From: Malacoraja senta
Lineage: Eukaryota
Length of the DNA: 64,000 bases
Direction: 5' to 3'
Assembly (NCBI GenBank): GCA_038087875.1
Contig: JAXLNO010000293.1
Coordinates: 62,001 to 126,000, forward strand
Shown: piece after piece, positions 1 through 12,329 of the stretch
Layout of the letters: each line of letters opens with the position of its first letter
How positions within the stretch are numbered: the first letter of the stretch is position 1
Notes under the pieces: model-generated
What the model saw: the letters and a program-made list of their open reading frames with translations, nothing else
The model's database searches: none
Told to the model about the DNA's origin: nothing
Made by a program: the position numbers and the translations under genes

Positions 1-229
1 GACGTCAAACTTATGGGACTGGTGAAAGCTCGGGGTCCGCATACCATCCCCGAAAGCCTTTTTTTAGGCCAGGGCCCAGAGCGGACCCCATGGAAAATGC
101 GCCACCCCCAACCAGCAGTACATCCAGCAGTACAACGACGGATGAAGTAACTGAAGAAAGGAACACTCCCATAACTATGGAGGTAGGTGGGTCTGGTTCC
201 TACCAGCATATAAAAAGTGGGGGAACTGT

Positions 230-2105
230 ACTAACAGGGGGGAGATTACACCTGTTCATTGAAGCATGGAGGTCTGTCACGAATGATAGTTATATACTTA
301 ACAGTATTCGTGGATACAAAATAGAGTTCATTCAAGAAAATATGCCACCTGTTCAGCATGTACCCCCAAAGGGTCTTTACCCTCTCAGTCAAAGAAAAAC
401 AAGAGGGTCAAGCAGAACTGGTGAGGTTACTTAGAAAGGGTATCATTGAGAAATCCAAACATGAACCTTTGGAATTTGTCTCAAATATATTTACCAAAAA
501 CAAAAAAGATGGTGGATGTCGCATCATCATTGACTTAACCTCACTAAATACCTTTGTTAAGTATGTACATTTCAAAATGGAAACATTTGCAACTGCCAAA
601 CAACTGATTTCCAAAGTATACTTTATGGCAAGCATTGATTTAAAGATGCCTACTATACAGTACCCATTCAAAAGGGTCATCGCAGATACCTGAAATTTTA
701 CCTGGATGGGGCAACTATGGCAGTTTAAAGCGTTGCCTAATGGGTTAACATCAGCCCCAAGACTATTTACCAAGATATTAAAACCAGCCTTGGCAACATT
801 AAGAAAACAGAGACATATTGTCATGGCATAACTTGATGATATTTTAATAGTAGGCAAAACCATGGAGTTGGCTAAATCAGCTGTATTAGCTACCAAACAA
901 TTGTTTGAAACCCTGGAATTTGTCTTACATCCAGATAAATCTAAGTTGACGCCATCCACAACTATGGACTATCTGGGATTCACAGTTAACTCAGTCCACA
1001 TGTCTGTAACGTTGCCAAAAGATAAAGCAGCAGAATTGGCACAGACGTGTAACGATTTAATGGTTAGCAATCGACCACCATCCGACAAGTGGCAAGAATA
1101 ATTGGCAAAATGGTAGCAGCATTTCCAGCTACACAGTTTGGACCCTGCACTATCAAAACCTACAAAGGGCAAAAGTACAGGCGTTAAAACGACATGCAGG
1201 TCACTTTGACCGAACCATGAAATTACCCATTGAAGCAATATCAGAGTTACAGTGGTGGATAGAGCACATTTGGCATAATTCAGCCCTATCATCATCAATA
1301 ACCCAACATTAACTATACAAACATATGCCAGTGCTCAAGGCTGGGGAGCAACTAATACCATATCCAACACAGGTGGTAGATGGACTACCTAGAATCATCT
1401 TTACTACAAACACTGGGCATAATTATTTGGAAATGTTGGGTGCGTTTTATGTTTTAAAAGCATATTCTACGAATATGCACCATTTGCATGTTCGTTTACA
1501 AATGGATAATACCACGGTGGTGGCCTATATTAACCATATGGGCGGAATAAAATCGATATCATGTGACAATTGGTGAACAAAATCTGGCAATGGTGTGTCG
1601 ATAGACATATTTGGCTATCAGCAACTTACTTACCAGGTAAGCTAAATACAGTGGCAGACACCAGGTCACGCAAATTCAATGATAACACCGAATGGATGTT
1701 AAATCCTAGAGCTTTTGCTAAAATTACAAAGCAATATGGCACACCAGATATCGATCTCTTTGCATCCAGACTAAATCACCAGGTACCAATGTATGTCGCT
1801 TGGGAACCAGACTCTGATGCAGCAGCGATAGATGCATTCGCGCTGAACTGGGGAAACTATTTCTTTTATGCTTGTCCCCCTTCTGCCTCATCAGTAGGGT
1901 ACTACGCAAAATACAGATGGACTCTGCTCCAGGTATTTTGATAGTACCCGGCTGGCCTACACAGCCATGGTTCCCAGTGGTCCTCGACATGGTCATCGGA
2001 ACTCCTATGACCTTTCCCAGTAGCCCAGACCTATTGACTCACCCGGTATCAGGCATAAGTCATCCATGCCATGACAAAATTAACCTACTGGGTTGCAGAT
2101 TATGA
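230..2105 (+). pseudogene. DIRS1 RT / RNase H / DAM-like methyltransferase ORF, disrupted
   Basis: ORF pieces 90-434, 358-693, 862-1101, 1325-1576, 1570-1941 and 1872-2105 in different frames. The catalytic YLDD reads A*LDD (taa ctt gat gat at about 829-840). Confidence 0.88.
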
Positions 2106-3042
2106 AAAGACCACTGCTGGGCCTGGGATTGTCTGACAGGACCATCAACACGATGACAGCGTCCACCGTATGTTCACCGGGAAACAATACCTATCGAGCA
2201 TCAGGAAGTGGGAAAGATACTGCTCGACTACTGGGACAACATACTCATCTGCAACCCATAACCAATGTACTGGAGGTTCCTGGCTGGCCTTCACCATAAT
2301 GAAGGACTGAGCTACAGCGCCATCAATACTGCCAGAAGTGCTCTGTCAGCCTACTTAAAACAAGTACCAGGACAACAGGCCATAGGGTCTCACCCGCTGG
2401 TGATCAAACTCATGAGGGGTCTATTCAACTCCAACCCCCCTAGACCTAGGTACACCCAAATCTGGGATGTCAGTGTGGTCCTGACATACCTAAGGGGATG
2501 GTCACCAGCCAGGTCTGATGGCACTAGTCTCAGCACAAAGAGTCCAGTCCCTCCACTTACTGCGACTGGACAACATGGTTATCACACCAGACCGGGTCTC
2601 ATTCACCATTCAGGAGCTGGTAAAGCAGAGCAGGCCAGGAACTTCAGGCCTAGTTATGGATTTCCGGGCATAACCACCTGACCCACGGTTGTGTGTCATG
2701 ACTCACCTGCTCACTTACATCAACACAACAAGAGATTCCCGAGGGAGAGAAAAAGCCTTATGGGTCAGCCACAAGAAACCCCATGGTCGGGTGTCGAGCC
2801 AAACCATCTCAAGATGGATCAAGCAGGTACTGGGAGCTGCTGGAGTAGATACTGACGTATATACATCTCACTCCACCAGGGCAGCATCCACATCGGCGGC
2901 TAAAAGGATGGACGTACCACTGGACCACATCCTGGCTACAGCGAGGTGGTCCATGGAGAAAACGTTCCAAACGTTCTACAACAAGCCGCTAGCAGAACCT
3001 GTGTTATTTGCGGAAAGAGTTTTAGAATCTGCAAATATATAA
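2102..3042 (+). pseudogene. DIRS1 tyrosine recombinase, frameshifted
   Basis: GLSYSAINTARSALS, HPLV.KLMRG.FN..P..PRY...WDV..VL, SSQTISRWIK, YTSHSTRAASTS, W....TF..FY.KP. Confidence 0.88.
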
Positions 3043-3238
3043 TTTAAGCCCGGGGGAGCATTTTTCTTTTGTTATTGTTTAATAAATACCATTATTGTTT
3101 ACAAACCGATTCATGGTTGATTACGATAACATACTTCCTCCCTTGAATGACTTCGGCAGCGAGTGAAGTATGAACTGTTACACGGTTTGAAATCACAGAG
3201 CTTTAAATTCTTCACGTAGTCACTCACGTGACTCCGAA

Positions 3239-3549
3239 GTAAAATAGTAAGGTTAAACGAGAACTTACCAGTTTGAGTTTGATCTGTATTTTATGAGGAG
3301 TTACGATGAGGGGTTACGTGCCATCCGCTCCCACCCTCAATTATAGAGATCAACTGGTATCTTAGATCTCCTTTTCTTTACTATGTTTATTTCAATTATT
3401 GTGTTTCCTGTGATTCCACACCGCTGCTTTGAAGTATGTCGCGCATGCGTGCTGGACGGGTTCTTCACGTAATCCCTCATCGTAACTCCTCATAAAATAC
3501 AGATCAAACTTCAAACTGGTAAGTTCCTCGTTTAATCTTACTATTTTAC
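3239..3549. repeat. DIRS1 internal complementary region paired with right terminal repeat (about 80-bp inverted repeat)
   Basis: 3239-3320 (gtaaaatagtaaggttaaacg...gggttacgtg) is the near-perfect reverse complement of 3466-3549. Confidence 0.9.
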
Positions 3550-3661
3550 GGGCAGTCCCATAATCGTTGAATGTGATGTTTCCGGTTGGTTGAAAAGGCT
3601 TGCGAATTTCCTGCTTTCATGTTTAGTGTCTTATTTATATCTCAGATAAACCTCGACGGTA

Positions 3662-4633
3662 GAGATTAGAGATTCGAGATTAGAGATTCCTTTATTTGTC
3701 ATTCAGACCTTTCGGTCTGAACGAAATTTCGTTCGTTGCTGCCAGTCATACATATAATAATAAATGACAAAACACACAATAAACACAAATTAACATCCAC
3801 CACAGTGAGTTCACCAGGTACCTCCTCACTGTGATGGAGGCAAAAGTCTTAAAGTCCTCTGTCTCTTCCCGCTTTCTTCTCCCTCTGCGCTGAGGCGATC
3901 CAGGCTTCTGATGCTGTGACCCCGCCGGGCGACGGTAAGCCAGTCCAGCGGCCGATCCGTGCTCCGCGACGGGCCGGTTCAAATTCCGCGGCCCGGGGTG
4001 GTCGAAGCTGCCGAAGCTGCCGCCCTCCAGTCCAGCGGACGCAGCTGTAGTTGCGGGAGCCCCAGAAAAACAGGTCACCAACCTGTGACCTGCGAGCTCC
4101 CGACGATGTCGTCCACTGGGCCCGCGGCCGAGCCTCCGGATTCAGGTCGCCACCGCCAGAACGCCACCGCAGCCCCGAAGCCGGCCAGCCTCGCGCTCCC
4201 GAAGATGTCGTCCACTGGGCCAGCTGCGGCCGAGCCTCCGGATTCAGGTCGCCACCAATGTCCTCGGTCGCCACCGCCGGAACGCCACCGCAGCCCCGAA
4301 GTTGGCCAGCCTCGCGCTGGTAAGTCCTGGCTCTGCCTCCGGAGCCTCGAGGTCGGTCGGTCGGTCGCTCGCAGTTGGAGTTGGAGGCCGGCAGCTCCGC
4401 CATTTTGGCGTCAGCGCAGACGGAGGCAGAGAAGGGGGACACGACAAGAAAAAGTCGCATTCCCCCGAAGGAAGAGACAAAAGTCATGTTTCACCCCCCC
4501 ACCCCCCCCCACACATACACAACCCAATAAACTAAAATTTAACTGAAACAGGACAAAAGAAAACAACAAAAAAAGTAAAAACAGACGGACTGCAGGCGAG
4601 CCGCTGCTGTACGACAGCGCCGCCACTTCCGGA
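3662..4633 (-). mobile_element. Unclassified non-autonomous retroelement, copy 1, with an internal ~100-bp direct duplication at about 4095-4318
   Basis: Shares 5' and 3' blocks with copies at about 6633-7205, 7580-8135, 23340-24025 and 25330-25510. Ends in AATAAA plus a short tandem tail. Confidence 0.7.
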
Positions 4634-4778
4634 ACTATGAGCCATGCAAATTATTGCCAATGATGATCACACGTGTGATACAGTATGTCATTAATATTTT
4701 CGTACGCATGCTCAATAAAAATAATGCGAGGCTTTACTATATTATTAATGGGAGTATAAGCGAGTTCTGTATTCCGAC

Positions 4779-5275
4779 TGCGCATGCCCAGGTCATAGGT
4801 GACTGGAGACGAACACTGGAAGGTGTGGATCGGCTGTGTGTTATCTTTGGTTATCAGAATTTCCTTTCAGTGAGTGCTTTATGCTTCTGCTGCTTCTTGG
4901 CGTCGGGTCTTGGGTCGAGGTCCATGGTCGGGGTTGGTCGCCGTCGCGGGACTTCTGCGCCGCGGACACCGCCGAGCCGCCGCTGGGCCGTCCCCCCCCT
5001 CCAACCCCCCCCCCCCCGGTGTCCCGTCCCCGTCCGGTGCAGCCGGAGGTGTTCGGCCGGGGCTCGCTGCCGGCGGTGGGGGTGAAGGGGGGGGGTGGCT
5101 CGGTGGTCCAGCGGCGGCTCCGCAGCGCCCATGGCGCCGGGGACACGGGCTCGACCCTGGCCGCGGATGAGGCGCGGGTCTGTGCGCGCCCTCCCCTGTC
5201 TCCCAATGGCATCTGCCCCCCTCTCTCTCGCTGTTACACCCGCTCTCCCGCTACTTGGCACCCGCTGTTCCTCAG
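4779..5275 (+). promoter_or_regulatory. CpG-island-like segment with NRF1-like motif and candidate donor; possible promoter or first exon of an unidentified gene
   Basis: TGCGCATGCCCA at 4779-4790, GTGAGT at 4870, and very CpG-rich sequence at 4900-5270. Confidence 0.3.
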
Positions 5276-6584
5276 ATTAAATATATGTTTACACATAAAT
5301 CATGTATAAAGATAAGAATTTACATTCAGTTATCCCTTTTTCCTTTTTTGCCATTCATCTTTGAGAATTCCCATGATTCTTTACGTTTTTCGAAATACCG
5401 AATTCGCTGATTGCACTCATTTCGATGTGCGTGTGGTTACATGCCGTGAATGGAGAAATAGTTGGCAGATGTGATTTGTTAATTTTGACATTATCTTCGG
5501 CACTAACATTGAGAGCCTGTGTTGGGTTGTTTCATGATCTACTATCAAAAGGCATTGAGGCCATTGGACGTGGTCTCTGAAACTGCAAAGCTAGAATGCT
5601 GTCAAACTATATTTTCTTGTCTGCTATTTCTGTCTTTGCACTTCTATGATCTTCTGCTGTACGTTGATACTGCTTAATTGTATCATGTAAGGTATTATTT
5701 GAGTGGATGGCACACAAATAACACTTCACACTGGTAAAGATGACATTAACAAAACAAAGCAAATCAAATGAAATCATTTCACACATGGAGAAAATAAAAT
5801 ACAATTGCTAAAAGTGTTCCATATGACGCATGGAATAGCGAAGCAAAACGCACACAATGATTTATACCAATTACACTTTTGAGCATGTGAATCAAATTGG
5901 AGTTGACCATTTTATATCAAAATAAATAAAATATATATTGTTGGACAAGATGCAGAAAGGCTGGCAGTCTGTCAATAAATGTCAGTTGGGTTGAATCAAT
6001 AGGTCGCAAGACGGGTTGGATTCAGCGACTAAGCGTGTTAGTCTTTTAACATACAAACCTGAAACGCCTTGACAATGCCATGTTTTTCCATTGAGTCTCA
6101 AATAGAAGTTATAGGTAGCCCAAACGACGCAAATGTAGGCACCTGCTCCCGTTATCCCGCATATCCCTAGCTAATGTTTAATCATCCAAGATAGGATTGA
6201 AGAACTGAGAGGAAGACCGATGCTTCAAATGAAAATTAGTGCCGCTGTGTTTTTCTTGCACAAATAAATGGCTCATCCGAATTCAACGAACCCTGTCACA
6301 CAACCTGGGGTGTCTCCATTTATTGCAGCAGCAGGGTGGAATCTTCGGGCAAGGAGAAAGGCTACGATGCCTGTGTTTTGTTCAATGTTTCGTCGTATAT
6401 ACCAACGTAATTCACTTCGAATATCTTGTCCACAATTTATGAACCAGCACAACCCACCGCCAACATGGCATTGGGAGTATTATACACGCTGTTCAATTAT
6501 TTTCATACTTCCAATACAGAAGTCCTGATCAACATCACCGTTGACTTCGATCACTTCCGAAGGAAGCAAAGGATGATGGTGGAT

Positions 6585-7255
6585 GGTAGACAAAAGTGCT
6601 GGAGAAACTCAGCGGGTGCGGCACCATCTATGGGCGGCGGCACAGCGATCAAACACCGTCACGGAGCGTGCGATGCTTTACCGGGTCGCCGTGCGTTGGG
6701 ATCCGGAGTGCTGTGACCGCCGACTGCAACATCGAGGAGCTGTGGCTGCGAGCGTCCAGCCGCGGGCGGCGCTGGATTTAAAACACCGCGGAGCCTGGGA
6801 TCCGAGATCGCCAGTTTCGGAGCTCCAACCAGCGCGGCCTGAGGACTTCGGGAGCCGCGGTCTCCGGGGAGGAAGCGGCCGCTCCAGAGATTCCAAGCCG
6901 CTGAGGAGTGCTCACCCGACGCCGGAGTTCCATCTTCCCGGCAAGAGGGCCTGACGCATCAGGCTGCCGAAGCGGCGACCACGGAGGTCACAATAGGCCC
7001 GACTATGGGTGAACAGGGGACGGGACTGGATTTGCTGCCTTCCCCCACTGTGGGAACCATTGTGGGGGATGTTTTTATGTTTATTGTTAAATTGTTTAAG
7101 GTTGTGTCTTATCTTTATTCGTGTGCTGAAATGGCAAGTCATATTTCACTACACCAATTGGTGTATGTGATAATAAATGTCCGTTGTATCCTTTGTATCG
7201 TTTATATGGAGCGAAGGAAATAGGCAACGTTTCGGGCCGAAATCCTTCTTCAGCC
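6585..7255 (-). mobile_element. Penelope pseudo-LTR split by insertion of non-autonomous element copy 2 (about 6633-7205, plus strand)
   Basis: gtagacaaaagtgctggagaaactcagcgggtgcggc..catctatgg resumes as tatgg-agcgaaggaaataggcaacgtttcgg..cttcttcag, with tatgg duplicated at the junctions. Confidence 0.75.
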
Positions 7256-8385
7256 GACTGGAGGCCTGTCACCAGTGGTGTGCCTCAGCGATTGGTACTG
7301 ATTGGTACTGAGCCCATTGCAATGACGAATAAGAACGTGCAAGGTATGATTATCAAATCTGCAGATGACACAAAAGTGGGGCTATTGTAGTTAGTGGAGA
7401 TGATTGTCAAAAATATCAGCAGGATCATGATCGGTTGGACAGGTGGGCTGAGTGATCGTTAATGGGATTTAATGCAGATAAATGTGAGGTTGAATTTTGG
7501 GAAGTTTAACTCGAATAATATGGCTCTGGGGAGTGTTGTGGAGTCGACGGAACTGGCAGTGAAGGTTCACAGTTAACCATCGGGTGGCGCCGCTGCAGTG
7601 GCTGCCTCGCCAACAGTCTGTTTGTCCCCTCTCTGTTTTTGTTATTTTAAGTATGTTTTAAAAGTATGTTTTAATGTTTCTTGGTCTGTTTTATGTGGGG
7701 GTTGGGGGGAGGGGGGGGGATTGGGGGAAACTTTTTTTAACTCACTTACCTCGATGAAGATTCGATTTTTCGCCGCATCGAATCTCCGTCCCCCCTGTGG
7801 CAAACAACGTGGTGGTGCGGCCTTTCCTGAAGACCGGCCCGGAGATTCGATCATCCCGACGCGAAGGCTCGGACATCGGACCGTCGGCAGCGGCGACTGC
7901 GGAGGTTTCAAACGCCCGACCACGGGTGAACAACGGAGGAATATGATTGAACTTTATTAACTTCCATCACAGTGAGGAATGTGGAATTCACTGTGGTGGA
8001 TATTTATGTTAAATTTTAATTTATGTGGCTGTGTGTATTGTTGTTTTTTCACTTAGTATGGCTGTTTATTAACTCAAATTTCACGGTATCTTAATTGGTA
8101 CGTGTCAATTAAATTGAATCCTGAATCTTGAATCTTGAATATTGATAGTTCCTTGAAAGCGGTGTTACAGGTAGATAGGGTGGTCAAAACGAGTGCAGCA
8201 AATTGGCCTTCGTTATTCAGAATATTGAATATAGACGCGGGCAGTTCTCCTGGAGTTGGTGAGGCCGCATTTAGAGTAGTGTGTTCAGTTTTGGGAACCA
8301 TGGTGCTGTCAAGCGGGAATGGGTGCAGAGAAGATTTATGAGGTGGTAGCTAGGATTCGACGGTGTGCGCTATAGTGAGACGATG
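7255..8385 (+). mobile_element. CR1 LINE RT fragment interrupted by non-autonomous element copy 3 (about 7580-8135)
   Basis: WRPVTSGVPQ and ADDTK motifs. CR1 sequence stops at gttcacagtt and resumes at atagttccttgaaag after a (tgaatct)n tail. Confidence 0.75.
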
Positions 8386-10879
8386 AAGATTCAAGGAATA
8401 AAGATGTGATAACGAATGGATACAGGTTGCGAACATAGGAACCAGTCGGACTACTCGGGTAAGGGAGGGGAAGAGAGAGGGAATGCAGGATTTACTGAAT
8501 ATTAGAGAGATTAACATTAATACCTCTTGGTTGTAAGCTACACAAGCGAAATATGTGGTTCTGTTCCTTAAAGTTGCATATAGCTTCTGTAGGAGCCATT
8601 AAGCCTATCGGTATATTATAGCCATGTCTAACATTTTAAATATTTTAGTCTTTATCTGTCTGTATTTCTGTAGGTGGGATTTGATATGTAGAAGGGGTGT
8701 GTCTATTTCTAGAGTAGACTTGCGCAGACTCATAGATTGGGTCAGTTGGGTCTTGGAAGGATGGTGGGAATACAGTTTTTTACCATTCATTCACACATGT
8801 TAATGAGATGACATATTTTATAAGAAAAAAACGTTTAGATGATTAATATGACATTAATGGAATAGCGGTTAAGAACGAAAAGTGAAGGATTATTTCTTTG
8901 CTATGTACTACTTCAACAAAATACCAAGTAATCAAGGAACAACGTTTGGAAGATACGTTTTTGCTATCTTAAGTGTGCCTTATGTGTGTCGTGAGTGTGT
9001 CGTGAGTGTGTAAAATATACCTCCTAACCATCCTCCGAGGAGTAATGGCTATCGAAGTTGGACTTTGAGAACGTCGTAAACATTGCCATTTTAGCGTAAC
9101 TTTGACAGAGGAGGAATCTAGTGTAAGAAAGGTCAATAGGGGAGCGGGGAGGGGAAGTTAAATGTTTGGCAACAGGGAGATCGGATAAGCGGAGACGGGG
9201 TGTTCAGAAAAACGATCGGCAGATGTTGCCTCTAGTCTTGCTCATACATAGGATTCCACGTGACAATTTAAATACGATTGCTCCTCATTTATTCAGAGTG
9301 GTCCGGTCGTTCAAAAGCCTAGTGGTGAGTAGAAAGCATCCGATATGCGAATGTTTATGGAGAGGTACTCGTCCAACCAAGTGGAGAACATCTTTTCTTA
9401 CAGATGGTGGTGTGGCTTTGGAGATGCTGAGTGAGTCCCACTCTTTCAAATCCCGTTTCGGCGAAGCTCTGAAAGCCCTCGCAACAATTTATGGCTATCC
9501 ATATTTCTGGGCTAGGATTACCATGATTATGTTGCTGATATGACATTGGGCAACATTATCTTCCACCCTCAGAATATTGTTCACAATTACTTGTTATCTC
9601 CAGCTGAGTTCAAGTGTTGTATGCTTTGATTGATGGACTATATTAATGGGATCCTGCTTGCTGTACTCAGTCGATGTGCAATATTCAGAGTGGCGCGCCC
9701 ATAATATGTTCTTTGTTGAACTAAAATCCTTTAACTGTTCCTTCCCCTGCTGTTTTTTTTCTACTTTTCTTAATACCTCTCTGCTGTGGGTTAGTTGGGG
9801 GATCGGCTATAATATAACATATTAAATGGTGGGGTGGCACACTGAGTCAAATATAATTGGGATGCAACACTAACACGAGCCTTTGAGCCCATCAAGTACA
9901 CATAAAAGTTGCAGATACGAGGAATTGCAGATGCGATATTACCAAAAAAAGATACAATGTATCGGAATATGTTAGATGGTCAGACAACGTCTCCGGATGA
10001 CTTCTTCTTCCTCTTGCGTTTGAGTCAGCAGAAGTCCGCAGCAGGGTGATGCCATCCAGTTTGACATCCAGAGATGCCCGCCCTGAAAAGGGCGCATGCT
10101 CCGGGTTGGCCCCAAGCTGCGGCGCTGCTGCTGTCTCTGCTAATTGTCGTTCGCCCGGCTGAGGTCAGTTGCCAGGGCTCACCGCGGGCAGGTCCGGATG
10201 ACATTGATATGCGACGTTTCTGGAGGGAGTGCTTCTTCACCGAGTACGTAACGAATATGAATTATTGTTTACATTAACCAAAACAAATTACCATTCCCGG
10301 ATTCTCATCAAAATCCCCTCTTGATCCAAATAGACCTTATCACTGCCTAGACAGCAGAGGCAACTTACAGTTGCCAATCAACCTATTAACTCACACATTC
10401 TTGGAATGTTGGAGAGAAAGAGTGCATGGAGAGGAAACCATGCGCTGACAGGGGAATGTGCAAACTTCACACAGACACCCGGATTAAGCAATGGTCTCTG
10501 ACTCTGAAATTCAGTGGCTCTGCCTTCTGCGCTATTGGGTTGTCAGCTGTTAAACCGTGTTAACCAACTTAAAATCATTCCAAGAAGCTTATCCCCGCGC
10601 TAGCTGCTTGAACATTACTGAAATAATGGCCGGCGTGGCATTAAAACCAACTATAATCTCGGCGTTTCACGTAATTATGAAATATGAGGGAAGTAACGGA
10701 TGGGTGGAGCTGACATCCAAAATCAGACATCATCCTGATGAATAGACAAATAGCCAGATGGCCGACTCTTGCTCTTAATATTCACCATGCTGAGTTGATT
10801 GCATGGAAAACTACTCCTGCGGTGAGAAATATTCCGATCATCTGAAGAGCTCAATTTTGCTGCTCCTTTGAAATATTCT

Positions 10880-11270
10880 AACGTATACTCTGGGATTTAG
10901 AAGGATGAGAGAGGATCTAATTGAAGCATATAAGTTTATTAAGGGTTTGGACTTGCTAGAGACGCGAAATGTTCCCGATGTTGGGGGTGTCCAGAGCCAG
11001 GGGCCACAGCTTGAGAATAAGGCGTAAGCCATTTGGAACGTGTGGAAATACTTTTTCACACAGAGAGTTGTGAGTCTGTGGAATTCTCTGCCTCAGAGGG
11101 CGGTTGAGGCCGGTGCTCTGGATACTTTCAAGAGAGAGCTAGATAGGGCTCTTAAAGATAGGGGATATGGGGAGACGGCAGCAACGGGGTACGGATTGGC
11201 TATGATCAGCCATGATCACATTGAATGGCGGTGCTGGCTCGACGGGCCGATTGTCTATTGTCTATTGTAT
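10880..11270 (+). mobile_element. CR1 LINE 3' end
   Basis: FFTQRVVSLWNSLPQRAVEA..LDTFKRELD motif and tgtctat tandem tail. Confidence 0.85.
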
Positions 11271-11649
11271 TTTGTCTATTCAGAGGTTATTAAGGATACA
11301 ATGGGTAATCCACACAAAGCGGCGGGACAAATCACAGACCTTGGAGAAGGTACTACATGATTGCCTGATCATCTTCTCGCCACCGTAAATGCATTCGCAG
11401 TGCATTGATCACAACAGGTTTCAACATTGAAGTTGTAGACACATGCAAATTGTCTCGAATGTTCAAAATAACCCATTTCATCGCAAGATTTGTGCATGTA
11501 ACAAATATAGGGAACAAGACACATATGGATAATTTGTCTCTTAACAAATTAATTTTATTGCATAGGTTTGACCTATTCCATTCAAACCAATACAGAAATG
11601 AGATCATTGGTACATTACTGTAAAATTTCAACAGATCGGGCAAATTCGC

Positions 11650-11975
11650 AATTTTAACGGGAGCCGTACCTCGCTATCCTCTGTGAATCAGAATGACCAA
11701 GAGCTAGAGAACCGGACGAAATCCATAATGTTGTTGATTTCTACATCTAGCAGTTTCATATTACTTTGGCTCGTATCCACGATTTATTTCGTATACGTAA
11801 ACGTTACTAATGTTGAATACTGCTTCAGAAAAGATAGGATATATGCTGCAGCTTCTGAACCCGTGCAAAAACACATTTATTTATGCAGTGGTTGAAAGAA
11901 AATACAGAACAGTGTTAAAGAACATATTACTGTACTCTTTTGCGGTCGTCGTCAAATTAATTAAATGTCCCAAGC
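11650..11975 (+). pseudogene. GPR139-like class A GPCR relic, TM6-TM7 and C-terminus
   Basis: NQNDQELENRTKSIMLLISTSSSFILLWLVSTIYFVY, then a frameshift, then EKIGYMLQLLNPCKNTFIYAVVERKYR.VLKN..YSF. This resembles chondrichthyan GPR139-like receptors as I recall them. Confidence 0.75.
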
Positions 11976-12103
11976 AGCAGATTGATTGTATAACTGAATT
12001 AAGAGGAAACTGCAACAGATTTGATTTCCACACCTGTGCTTCGTGACAAAAACATGACCAATTTTTTGGCCATTATTGCGACATCGTTTTTTGATTCTTC
12101 ATC

Positions 12104-12325
12104 GGCACGGCGGCGCATCGGAGGGTTGCTGCCTTGCAGCGCCAGAGACCCGGGTTCTTTCCTGTCTACGGGCACTGTCTGTACGGAGTTTGTACTTTTC
12201 CCCCGTGACCGTGTGCGTTTTCCAGAGATCTTCGGTTTCCCCGCACACACGCTATTAATATAAATTGTCCCTAGTGTGTGTAGGATGGAGTTAATGTTCG
12301 GATCGGCCTCGTTGAGTGAAGTGCC
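12104..12325 (+). mobile_element. tRNA-derived HE1-like V-SINE
   Basis: ggcacgg.ggcgca..ttgctgcct..cagcgccagagacccgggtt..gtacggagtttgtac..ccccgtgacc. Related copies at about 10330-10535(-), 22790-23095(-), 25315-25720(-), 31410-31610(-), 43660-43930(-) and 56095-56365(+). Confidence 0.75.
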
Positions 12326-12329
12326 TTGG

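Larger units (their letters stand above)
1..3549 (+). mobile_element. DIRS1-like tyrosine-recombinase retrotransposon, 3' part (left end outside window), frameshifted
   Basis: Domain order RT (GGRL..W, FVSNIF..KKDGG.R.I.DL, FKME, LPNGL.SAPR.FTK), RNase H (NYLEML, QMDNTTVVAYINHMGG, LNTVAD..SR), methyltransferase-like (EW.L, PDIDLFASRLN, DAF..NW), tyrosine recombinase (SHSTRAASTS), then terminal inverted complementarity. Confidence 0.93.

Noticed and set aside
4838..4855. 17-nt match to the miR-9 precursor (TGTTATCTTTGGTTATC)
   Set aside because: Sequence diverges inside the mature miRNA (no TAGCTGTATGA) and there is no complementary star arm.
3746..5309. Many overlapping GC-rich ORFs of 100-210 aa
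   Set aside because: Stop-poor GC-rich repeat and CpG sequence with no recognisable domains.
6270..6560. Weak resemblance of ..LFNYFHTSN..INITV to SOUL/heme-binding proteins
   Set aside because: Too few matching residues, an in-frame stop and no clear splice sites; not supportable without a search.
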